This document shows, piece by piece, positions 13,192 through 24,031 of a DNA stretch of 64,000 nucleotides (positions are counted from its first letter, which is position 1; every line of letters starts with the position of its first letter). Made by a program: the position numbers and the translations under genes. The stretch spans positions 1 to 64,000 of the forward strand of contig LVLI01000095.1 in the NCBI GenBank assembly GCA_001687465.1, given 5' to 3'. The notes beneath the pieces are model-generated. The model worked only from the letters and a program-made list of their open reading frames with translations. It ran no database searches and was not told where the DNA came from. The DNA is from Halocafeteria seosinensis. Taxonomy: Eukaryota.

Positions 13192-14526
13192 TTATCTTAT
13201 TCTGCGTTTCCCTCTCTGGTAGGGCACATTTGGCTTCTGGACTCTGGGTTTAACTGATTTCGACGGACTTGGACTTGCAGTGGAAGAGGGGGAAGGTGTG
13301 CTACTGCAAGAACTGCTGGGCGTCGATGATGTTGTCCATGAGGGGGAAGATGTTGAAGACGGAGACATGGAGTGTGACGCAGTGGGAGTTTGGCTTCCAC
13401 TAGAAGTAGGAGTGGGAGATGGTGAAGGAGTCGGATAGAAACAATCTGCTTCATCTTCTGCTCCAACGTTGCTCGTTTCTCCCATAGGACACCTGATGCA
13501 CCCAGTTCCTCCAGAGCTAAATGTTCCTGAGGGACAGGCGGTACATGTATCAACACCGACAGACCCGGCTTCCGTTGTGCTTCTTCCAGGAGGACAATCT
13601 TTGCATGGGTTTTCCTGGTTTCCGCTGTTGTACCTCCCTATTTCGCAAATACAGTCATCGAGGCTATCGCTTCCCCGTTCGCTATCCGCACCCTCCGGGC
13701 ATGGCTGACAGGAGTCTCCATCAGTTCCATACGTTCCTTTGGGACAGTCAATACACCTGTATTCCCCTTCGTTAAACCTCTCCCCAGCAGAACAGAATAC
13801 CGTGTACCGAAAGTTGCACAGTCGCATATAGAATTTGTCGCGCTTATTGTGCCACTTCTTGTCGTGCTGACGAGCCCACGCAAACGTTTTGATGTTCTTC
13901 CCTTGTTTGAGCCCACAGTTCTCCCGTTTTCCAAGCTCTTTGTCCTTCTCTGAATGTGTCCATGTCACGGAAAATGAGTCGCTATTCCAATCAATGTCCA
14001 CCTGTACTTTGACCCAAGTTTCGTACTCGGGGTTCGAAGGCCCGTTCCCGACACTGCTGAAGCCTTCCTTTGCATCCACGTAGAGCTGAGGATTATCGGT
14101 AGCTACTCCCATTTCCAATCCGCCGTAGCTATTGAAGAGTCGGATTCCACCACCTTTGCTCTCCCTTGTCTCGTCATAATAAAAGGAAAACGACTTGATT
14201 TGCATCGGTTCTCCAAGGGTATGGGTTGCGACGTCCGTGATTCCCTCAGCAACATATGTGCGTATTTCCAAGCTGCGTTCGCCTTTGTTGCAGCCTGCTT
14301 CGCTGATGGAATCCGTGAGTTCCTCATGAATCTCCCATTGGTCGACTTGTGTAAATGAAAATCTTACCGTATGGCTGTAGACGGGGAGGACGTTAGCGGC
14401 CAAAATAAGCCCCAGGAACACCACCAACAACGGTTGCGAGCATGAGCACGACAGTACCCTATAGACCCTTGTCGGTTGGCGAACGAAACCCGAGTGCGGC
14501 AAAATATAGGAAGAATATATCCTCAT
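13192..14526 (-). CDS. Secreted/surface protein: signal peptide, unidentified beta-rich domain, GCC2/GCC3 (ephrin-receptor-like) Cys repeats, S/T/P mucin-like stalk
   Basis: Hydrophobic LLVVFLGLILAANVLPVYS, repeated CxxCPxGT/S motifs and a PTPSPSPTPTSS stalk. The start codon is uncertain and the C-terminus may be truncated. Confidence 0.75.
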   Translation of the reverse strand: MRIYSSYILPHSGFVRQPTRVYRVLSCSCSQPLLVVFLGLILAANVLPVYSHTVRFSFTQVDQWEIHEELTDSISEAGCNKGERSLEIRTYVAEGITDVATHTLGEPMQIKSFSFYYDETRESKGGGIRLFNSYGGLEMGVATDNPQLYVDAKEGFSSVGNGPSNPEYETWVKVQVDIDWNSDSFSVTWTHSEKDKELGKRENCGLKQGKNIKTFAWARQHDKKWHNKRDKFYMRLCNFRYTVFCSAGERFNEGEYRCIDCPKGTYGTDGDSCQPCPEGADSERGSDSLDDCICEIGRYNSGNQENPCKDCPPGRSTTEAGSVGVDTCTACPSGTFSSGGTGCIRCPMGETSNVGAEDEADCFYPTPSPSPTPTSSGSQTPTASHSMSPSSTSSPSWTTSSTPSSSCSSTPSPSSTASPSPSKSVKPRVQKPNVPYQRGKRRIR

Positions 14527-14966
14527 CAGGAAGGTCAGGTGTAAAACACATGGTACGAAAGTGGGAGGTTTTGTCAATGATATCAATGAACGACTGTAAC
14601 AAGCAACAACCGGCCGCCGGCGCCAGGAGCAGTTCAACTGACTGAATCAGCAGAGTTACTTCAAGTGCATCACTGTTGAACTGAAGATAGAGGAATCTAA
14701 ACAGAGGTGTTTTTTTTTCTTCGATCGAATTGAAGGTTGGGAGTACTGCGTGACGCCGACTCCTCTGGCGGACAATTATGCCCGCTATGGAGTGAAGGAG
14801 AATGTGTCCCGACTAAGCAGTTCAAAGAATGTACCGTGGTACCGAATAACAGGACGATCTCGGCAGGCGTACGTTCAGTGGATACAGTGTCGAGAGCAGG
14901 TACTAGTGCCATGAGATGCTTCGAATGCGCGTAAAAGGATGATTATGACACCCTAACAATTCATCA

Positions 14967-15300
14967 GTGTATTGGTATTGCTCCTACCGGGAGACGTGTC
15001 TGCTACAGGGTACGCTACGCTGTGTGCTACCCGGAACGGTCCAGCATCCTCACGTTGTGGCGCATCAACATGACTGACAGTTTGGCCGTCATCAGCTTGC
15101 GGAAGTTCCGCATCTCCCTTGTCCCCCAGCGGGAGCCCGGCGCTTTCCTGGCAAATCTCTTGAGGAACTTGATTGCGTCTTCCCCGAAGCCGCCCGTCGC
15201 CTCTATCGCGAACGGGATAATTTCCGTGTGGTGGCCCCTCAGGTGCCCGTATTTTGTCCGCTTCATCAGAATTAACCAGGCTTCCGTGGTTTTCATCGCA
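14967..15300 (-). mobile_element. 3' fragment of an RLE-type (CRE/R2-group) non-LTR retrotransposon
   Basis: ORF 15027-15296 reads KRTKY...IIPFAIEATGGFGEDAIKFL...LSVMLMRHN, the restriction-like endonuclease C-terminus. The short 3' UTR ends CCGGTAGGAGCAATACCAATACAC. Confidence 0.8.
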
Positions 15301-15555
15301 AAAATTGCGCTCCGTTACAGAACCAGGCCACGCTACGACGTGTGAGGGGCGAACCCTACCCGGAATCCGTCCAACATCAGCGGAATGTTGACTTAACTTC
15401 AATACAGAAGAGTATGTGTCCTTTTCAGTATGTGATACTGTCAGCAAGGTTCACGTTCCGTTTCCTCGATTCCAGCCCACACTGAAGTTCGCAGGGTGAA
15501 GGCCGTATTCCTAGTACCACGTCCACGTAAGTGGTCAACGAAACTGTTGTCTTGC

Positions 15556-15575
15556 CACACACACACACACACACA
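15556..15575. repeat. (CA)10 microsatellite at a retroelement terminus
   Basis: Seen directly; abuts the 96-nt dispersed repeat. Confidence 0.95.
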
Positions 15576-15577
15576 TA

Positions 15578-16890
15578 TGTGACAGATAGCCCACCGGCCA
15601 GGGAGTTGACCGCATCCTCTTAACTAGGAGCGGTATGCGCCCGTGTTAAGCAGCGACGGGACCGCTGTTCCTGCAACCTTGCTGACACGCACCGTGAGGG
15701 AACACAACACTGGTTTTGCTCAGGAGGCATCGCGGGAGGAGTCATGCTTGCGCCAACGACGTCACGGGTATCGTCAAGGCTCAGTCTGGGAGGAGAAGGC
15801 CCTGAGCCTGCCACAGCGACGCCAGGGCCGGTTGCAGCAGCGCAGTTAGGATTAAGTGTTGGTCCAGACGCAACAGCTGTGGCCAATGACAAGCCACCAT
15901 CTGACACGGGAGGTGGCGCCCCAGGAGTTCCGTCCATCTCAGTTTCAGCCCAGATTGTAGTACATTTCCTGCTCGAGGTCAAAGAACGTGCGGCTACCCA
16001 AGGTCCTTCTGAAGCCACGAAACCGGTTCCCCCGTCCGTGCTGTCTCTGGGTAGCCCTTCCAGTGGACGAGGATCCGCTTGTCGTGGAGCCTGAAGTCGA
16101 TAAACCTGTCGACATCATCTACCGTGTGCGTAGCTCTAGGCGGCCAGTCTAAGCAAGAAAAATCATTACCCGTTGGGTTGTTTGATGCGGTCTTAGCTAA
16201 GCGATCGGCAGCCGAGTTTGAAGCCCTGCGTATGAACCTAATCTCTGCGCTCCTCACCATTGGGAGGTTCTTAAGGTGGAACCATTCAGTCCGTGCCCTC
16301 TCGAAGAGCGGGCTGAGCTTGTCCTTGCGGCACTGGGCTTCGCCATTCATGTGATCCACCATCGTCTGTGAGTCGCACTCCATGAGGACGTCCACCGGGG
16401 CTGGTAACTCACTTGGGGATGCGTCAAGCGCATCGAAGACCAGTTTCAATCCCAGCAACAGGCCTTCGTATTCGGCTTCATTGTTAGTCTTGTGTGGCCC
16501 TACGTAGTGGCTTGAGAGGCCTAGCTGGAGTTTAGTACCAGCTGGCTCAACCCTGTAGCATACAGCCCCAGCTCCCGCGTGCCCCGGGGTTGCCTGGGGT
16601 TAACCGGGATATCAGTTTGATGTTGATGCCGAGGCGGTTGAGGCGCTGCTTGCGCCACGTTGGCGTTAATGTTCCCCGTTATCGGAGGATTCTTGAGGCC
16701 CTCTATCTGGGTGGTGAAGTCGTGAAATGATCCGCAAAAGGCGTCCACCATTTTGCACTGGCACTTGACCAGCGTAACCCCAAGATGGCCGGACGAGTTT
16801 TCTACCAGTATAAAACCCCACCACAGTCCCGACCACAGGGCAGGGTTTCCCGACTTGGTAGCCTACGGTCGTTTCCTTCAAAGTGCGTGT
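15578..16890 (-). mobile_element. 5'-truncated, frameshifted retroelement: putative RLE tail, archaeal-type RNase H, chromodomain and structured 3' UTR
   Basis: GNPG/HAGAG...TNNEAEYEGLLLGL...CDSQ...IRRASNSAADRLA (RNase HI, aRH type) and VDRFIDFR..KRILVHWKGYPETARTGEP (chromodomain). Upstream HLGVTLVKCQCKMVDAF resembles the RLE tail at 15027. Confidence 0.75.
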
Positions 16891-16964
16891 GTTTATGCCA
16901 TTCCATTCACATAAGATTGCAAGTACCTTGTGCCCTCTTTCATCATGAAGCTTTGGAGAACATT

Positions 16965-18888
16965 CTATCCTTTCCTCTGTCGTTTTCTCCTTCTTCCCCT
17001 ACCGGAGCTAAACTTGGCTTCCTTTCGGTAGTTGGAAATTTGTTTTGCTGTTTTCGACACGTGCGTGGAGTTCCTATCATCTGGATCTACACAGGATCGT
17101 CGGGCATTATATTTGAACGGATGAGTTTCCATTTCCCACAGAAATTGCTCAAAGGGTTTCTCTTCCACAACCTGCCGGTGGATGTGCTTCCATATATACT
17201 CTTCTTTGAAAATCGTTAGCTTCTTTCCGATGGCTGTGTGCTCCTCATAATTCAGTCCCCCGTGGACATTGTTCCCGCGGTTCTCGTTGTACGAGGTAAA
17301 ATCACACTGCGTTGTATTTTACGCGCGGGGGGAAAACACCGGTTACAAGCACGGCGCAGAAAAAGGCTAAAAGTCTCTTGAACACTTACATGATGGAGGA
17401 AGAGCCCTGTGGCAGGTGCAAGCGGAAGCTTTACCAAGACAGGACTAAGTGAAATATCGATCATCCACAACGGAGCTTTTCCCCGAACAACATCAATCAA
17501 AGCACCAACCATATGTCTAATTTGGTTGAGCATAAAGGATTGCCCACGGATACGAAAGCGCACATATTCAATATCTGCGGGGATGGTGTAAAAGTAACAA
17601 GACGTTGCAAAATAGACGAACAATGTTACGCACCATCTACCAGGAACGGATCGGACACTTCGAATTCGCGTATTATCCGAAAACAAGAAGCATCTCCGTG
17701 TGTCATTCGGGGAGTGTAGTTGTGGAAGCTTAGTCTTCCGATGAACTTCTCACCAAGGTCTCGCAGTAGCTGTAGTTGTTTCTTTCCCAGTCGAAATTGT
17801 TCACTGCGTTCAGCCTGCTCATCCTGCAGAAGCGCCTTACTATAGCGTCTTGTACTCTCCCATTGTGCCTCGCGGCCTTCCTGAAATGCTTGCCCTGTTT
17901 GGTATTTGTCGGTCGCCCGATTGACGCGTTCTCGAGACGCAGACTCTACCACCCTGTCCCTACCTAGAGACACATAGAATACCAGGCTTTGCCTTTTCCC
18001 ACTGATATCCGTTATGCGAGCTCCCTCAAACGCTGGCTTTGGTCCTCCGAGCGCCCTCGCTTTATTCCAACCAAATTCACGTCCATGTTGCTGTGCCTCA
18101 CCATTCGCGAATGGGTCTTGCTTGTCATCCACGGCCAACGTTGCAACAGGTTCATCCCCTAGCGCCCGAATGAAAGGAACTCTAATGTAAAATGTTGGAC
18201 GATCCCTTCTCAAAACGAATGTAGGTAGCAGGTACTCATACTGACGCTCATAGCAGAAATTTTTTGCGTTAAATCCCTTGGTCACTCTATGGAAGTCCAA
18301 AACCCTAATCTGCTCCGGGAGGTGCTTGTTGACTTCCTCCACGGCATTGTCTAGATTATCTTCCGGGATCCTCAGCTTGGCACTAACACATTGGCCAGCT
18401 GCATGCACGCCCTTATCTGTGCGCGCAGCTCTAGACCAATCAATCTGTCCAAAAAAAAACCACTTGGTTTTGGGGAATGGGAATGCCACTGTCTCCTAGT
18501 GGTGATAGGGAGCGTACCTTGGCCAATTTCCCGTAATTCTCCTCTTCAATGAACCCGGCATCGTAGAGTGCTTTCTCAACCACATCCTCGACCGTGTGGG
18601 CCCCAGGATTCCTGCGTCAGTATCACGTTATATTACTCTCAGATGTAATTGTCCTTCCATTGCAGTACAATTGTCGGACAGGGCTTACTTCTGCATGCCT
18701 TGGTACCCGGTTCCAATATACCCAAACAAGATGGCATACTTGTGCTTGGGGGTCTTGCTTCCACCCCCTGAAGCTGTTGATTCCCCTGTCAGTGTACATG
18801 CAGCAGCACTTTCACGAGCACGAGCATCACTGGTGGTACTTGTACAAGACTCCTCCGGCTGCGCCGAAGCTATAGATGACGACGCCAT
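16965..18888 (-). CDS. PUS1: tRNA pseudouridine synthase (TruA/PUS1 family), multi-exon
   Basis: GYIGTGYQGMQ, RAARTDKGVHA (catalytic Asp), FHNYT and GQSFMLNQIRHMVG motifs; GT-AG introns. Confidence 0.92.
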
Positions 18889-19149
18889 TTTCGACAGTAC
18901 ACAAAAGCACACTTTTCGTTTCTTTTCTTTTTTTCAAATCCTTAAATCAAATACACTAACCTAGTTTTGTAGAAAGACTGCACTCCTCGCCACTGTTGTG
19001 AACCAAAGGCATTAGCCAGCTAAGCTCCCAGAGCCAGAGGCGATAGCTGCTATTAGCAGTTCGGCGTAGAGGGAGGTTTGTTCTTCCACGATGTGATTAC
19101 ACCCTTCAATTACGTAGCACACATTCTTGATAGTGTGACTGTGAGCACG

Positions 19150-21223
19150 ATGGTGACTCCTGTTGACCGTGAGGACGTGGAGCGAGATTGCATTGTCATT
19201 GGGGGAGGGTTGAGTGGATTGGTGTGCGCCAACTACATTGCTCAATGTGGAGGGTCCGTCCTCGTGCTGGAAGCCAGAGACAGAGTCGGGGGGCGAACAT
19301 GTACAGGGAACATCACTTTAGCGGACGGGAGTCAAACCTATGCGGATTTGGGAGGAGCTTACGTCGGACCCACACAAGATCGGTTGCTACACTTGGCCCA
19401 CAACTTGGGAATCGAGACTTTCGACGTGGATGTGAAAGGCAAACACCTTTTGAAGTCAGCGGCTTTAGGGAGAACCGTCGAATTCGAAGGGAACGATATT
19501 TCGGCTCTGTCGAAAATGTCGCTTCTGGGTAGGTGACGGCTGATAATCGTGACGATACTGCATTGCTGCTTGTACCTACGCTACATTTCCATATCTGAAA
19601 CGCAGATTTGAATAATATCGTGCATCTAACAAACAATTTAGCCAAACAAATATCGCTTCCCAAACCCAAGTCGTTATATCATGGCGAGAAGACAATCAAC
19701 GGGATGCGGGACTTGCAGCTACAGGAACCTCCGCTGACTGCACACGAAAAGGAGCTGGATAGGATGTCAGTACAAGAGTTTATCAATAAAGAGACTCATG
19801 GCAAATTAGCTAAAGAGTTTTACACAAGTGCCATTGAAGGAGTTCTCTGCTGCTCCCCGGCAGAGGTATCCATGTTGTACTGGCTCCGTTACTGTAAAGC
19901 AGCAGGCGAGGGCAAAATGGAGGAGCTTACCGATTTGGTGCACGCGGCTCAAGAGAAGAAGTTTGTAGGTGGATCTGAGAGAATATCGTGCCGTCTTCGA
20001 GAAACTCTTGGAAGGCGGGTCAAGTTAAACACTTCAGTTCATCGACTCGATTATCGATTGTCCGATAGAGTCACTGTTGAGACTGGGGGTGGAACTATTT
20101 TGACCGCCCGCTATGTCGTTTTCGCTATGGCACCAAGTATGTACAATAGAATTTCCTTTTGTCCCTCGCTACCCATGAAAAGGAAAAGTATGGCTAACCG
20201 AATGCCAATGGGAAAGATTATCAAGACGGTAGGTAGCGGAACCTCGATTGAGCCGGCCATGTGCGAGAATTCTTGAATATTTTACTCTCTTGCAGTACAC
20301 GTACTTTGATCGCCAGTGGTGGAAGGAAAGAGGATACTCTGGAATCCTCGTTGACTGTAAGGAAGGACCTGTGGGTTTGTCGTTTGATGATACGAAACCA
20401 AACGGTAATTTCCCGGCACTAATGGGCTTTATCTTGTGCGACGAAGCTCTCACTTGGTCCGAAGCTACTGAGGAGGAGCGAAAACGTGCCATCTTGAATC
20501 AATATGGCAAGTGTTTTGGAGATATTGAAGCTGCCCAGCAGCATTTTCTAGGGTACGCCGGTTGACCATGACTAAACGTCGGATTGGAAACGGATGTAGT
20601 CTTTCTGCAATCGCAGCTACCTTGAGAAGAACTGGAACGTGGATGAGTTCAGCGGCGGTTGCTACACAGGTGTTGCAAGCCCAGGTGTACTCTCTACGTG
20701 TAGCGAAGTGCTACGCAAGCCTCTAGGAAGATTACATTTTGCCGGAACGGAGACGGCAACTTACTGGACTGGGTATATGGAAGGGGCAGTCCAGGTATGT
20801 GTTTTTCCGTATTGTTTGTAGTTGGTTCCTGCCAAGTCTGACGATCACATGCCCTTAACTTCTCAGGCCGGTGAGCGAGCCGGTTACGAGGTAGTATGGA
20901 ATCTAGTTTCCCGGGATAATCGTGGGAGAATGACTCAGGAGTCAAATGCTATAGAAGCTGCAGATCGCTTCCACTTTAGATATCCTGAGCCTGACGACGT
21001 ATATTGCCCAGACTGCCCACCCCCAGTTTATGAAGCGTCGAGTTTCGGAGGCTGCGAACCTCACCCGGACAGAATCAGTGATACATTGAGCAATTGGCTT
21101 CCTTCACCCACTACTGCAAAAGTTGCTTCTTTTCTGGGGGCGTGCACTCTCATTTCATTTTGTATGTGGCAAGGGTATCACAGACATTGGGTCGCATCCA
21201 CCGCCAAGGGGTCTTGGCTCTGA
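19150..21223 (+). CDS. Flavin amine oxidase, MAO-A/B-like, with C-terminal membrane anchor, multi-exon
   Basis: GGGLSGL, LEARDRVGGR, DLGGAYVGPTQ, SGGCY and FAGTETATYWTGYMEGAV motifs, plus a hydrophobic C-terminal helix. Confidence 0.9.
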
Positions 21224-21710
21224 TGTATACGTACCACAACCTACACAAAATATCAAATGAGGGTCACCTACAACCAGTTCTGTTTGGAAACCCGTTAAAT
21301 ACGATGGAAATAATTGTTCACGTATTCCGTCATAGTAGTCTTCTGATGTAGATTCTCTTCTTGACAATGAGGTGTTTGCTTCCAGACTTGCAGTGATTGC
21401 GGCCGCTTTGTCTTCCCGACCTGAACATGGACAACTACTGCCACAAAAAGTACCAGGTATTTCTTGTTGCAGCTCAAAATGTAGCAAAATTGCAATTTTA
21501 CCAGCAATTCTATCAGCTTGTGCTTGTAGATAATTTCCTCTCCTTGCTTTCTATTACCCGTTGTTGCACTGTAAGATCGTTTCTCAGGACCAAACTCCAG
21601 TTGTAACACTCTCACACTCCGTCATTGGTACACTGGAGATATTTTTTGTGGACCCGTACCAGGTATTGCAATCGTCTACCCTCTGGGTAGTTACGGCTGA
21701 ATTTCTTTCC

Positions 21711-23927
21711 ATGGTACTTCGGTCCGTTGCGACTGCCCTGCGACCAACAGTCAAGTGCATCATGCATGATGCATGCTCATTGGGCACCAACGATTTGATA
21801 GATCTGGCTCCGAGATTGACCCCCATAGTGTAGAGCGAACCGGCAATGAAACGTATAAGAGTACTTGCCGTCATATACCGCTTGGAACAGGGGCATTGGA
21901 GGGCGTATGCCAACGGAGTTTGGTTCTCGCTGACTATCGAACTTCATGAAGCTCCTGAACCACAACAACCTCCATCGTACAGGGAGATCCGTATCCATGG
22001 TGCCAGTGTAAAAGGCAATGGAGACGGGGAAGACAATACATTCGATGTAAGGGGAGATTTGGCCAATGCCCAGTACTATTGGGATCAGGTGGAGCCCCAG
22101 AAGAAGTATGTCAGCACACAAACAAACAAGCAGCACTATGTATTTCGATAATTGAGTTGACTTTGATATCATCTCTACGTACAGGTTTTGCGCATTGCAG
22201 CGAGAAGGCGCCAAAGATGGCAGCTACGGGTTTTACTTCCACACATTGACGGACTCGGATGCAGTAACCAATGTTGTCTCATTGGCAATACCACCCAGTA
22301 TGTTGGCTACATGGAGGAGTGTTTCGTGGATTTGACTGTCGTTTTATCTATTTTGATGAGTACCCACAGAATATCGTCCAGGTGGGAAAGAGAAGCAGTC
22401 TGGGTCTGTCTCTGGTGCCACTGGTACTGCTGAATCGAAACAGACGGTTACAGCTTCTGAATCTTTCACCACATCAACTGAAAAGAAAGAGAAGGAGGGA
22501 ACCAAAGCAGAGGACGATAACGTTTCAAGCGCTGCTGCGCAGAGTAGTTTTCCGTGTGATTCTCTTGCTTCCGAGGGGGAAGGTTCGGCGACAGCTCAGT
22601 ACCAACCAGCAACTGCTGTATCAAGGACTGAAGAGGATACGGTACTACAGGAAGAGAAACAAGATACGACATACCGGCAAAATAGCGCATACGAAGAATA
22701 TTCGAAAACTATATCCGGTACTGCAACGGAGAGTACACAGAGCTCGTCAGTTACTCGCGTTACTCATCGACCTGTGGTTCCCAGTAAATCGCCACCAGGT
22801 GACAGCAATTACGAAAAAAACTTGACTTCTATGCCATCGGATACTACTGTATCGGACCAGCTTCAAGCAGATCCTGTTGCCAAGGCGTATGAGGATGCAA
22901 CTACACCCAGCGGAGGAGAGAGCACTGGCTTTTCGAAAGATCGAGCCCCTCAAAAACTAGATACGACAATCTCGTGGAAACAAGAGAATACCGGAGGAGA
23001 GAAGGGAGCAATAACACCTCCGTCTTCGGTTGAACACATACACCGTGTTTGTTACGATTTTGACAAGGCCCGTTTTGTTGGACTGCCTGAAGGATGGGAA
23101 AAGGAAGTATCTCAGTTTGGAACAGACTGGAAGACATGCCCAAAAAAGTAGGTGCCGGCATTGGTCCAGGAATAACTTACTCGGTTAATTGACAATTGTT
23201 TGGATTGCACAGGATGGTTGAAGGGTACGGGAAAATTCCTGCAGTATTGGAGGTGCTACGAGCGGAATTTCTGGAAAAAGAAGGCTACAAATGCGAAGGC
23301 ATATTTCGTTTGGCATCCGACAAGCGTCAGGCTGTAGAGATAAAGAGACAGCTAGACTCTGGTTCTTTTGATGGCCGTGGTACCGTGGATCCATATGTTG
23401 CTGCGGACTTGATCAAAGTAAGATGGTCAAATGCTGTCGCTAAAGCAAAGAACAGGTATGTTACCTGGGCCTCCCACCGATAATGTTGCAGGTGTGGTTC
23501 CGCGACCAGCCTGAACCACTGCTTAATTCGCTTAGTGAGTCGGTGATCCGAGAAGGTCAAAGCTCTACGGAAAATGCTGGGAAAGTAATCACGGAAAAAA
23601 TGCACTATCCCCAATCTGCACTTTTTGTTTGGCTCTTGGACATACTACTGACGGTTGCTGATTGTCCGGAAAATCGCATGAACATTCATAATCTGGGTAA
23701 GGCTCATCATGTTATTGTATGTATTACAGTCTAATGGTGTTCTAATCGAATTCTACCGGGATCGTTCCACAGGAGTAGTTGTATCGCCGAATTTGTTTCA
23801 CAAAGAATTCTCAGATCCCCATAGGCTTCTTCACGTCACACAAAGTGTGTCCGAGTTCGTGAAGAAATCTTTGGCTTGGCGCAGCAATAACCGCGAGTGG
23901 CCGCCGTATACTGAACAAGGTTCATGA
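21711..23927 (+). CDS. RhoGAP with CRIB/PBD motif and probable N-terminal WH1/EVH1 domain, multi-exon
   Basis: ITPPSSVEHIHRV...FVGLPEGW (PAK-type PBD); EGIFRLA, VAADLIKVWFRD.PEPLL and NRM.I.NL..VVSPNL (RhoGAP); N-terminal AVIY...W...YGFYF. The start is inferred. Confidence 0.8.
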
Positions 23928-24031
23928 CGTCATAGTACCGTAGTACACTCTGCTACTCCCCTTGCTGGCAGTACCCCCTCGTTCTTTGCCATTCCGTTGC
24001 TGTTGGTAAAGGGAAATCGCAACGGATGAGT

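Noticed and set aside
14709..14718. T-run as the poly(A) tail of the RLE element
   Set aside because: The conserved 3' motif and AC tail end about 250 bp earlier, at 14967.
15578..15944. 3' LTR of a gypsy element (ends ...TCACA)
   Set aside because: No polypurine tract or integrase, and both copies end in a TG microsatellite. Not fully excluded.
21155..21700. Minus-strand ORFs between the amine oxidase and the RhoGAP
   Set aside because: No recognisable motif or consistent splice model.
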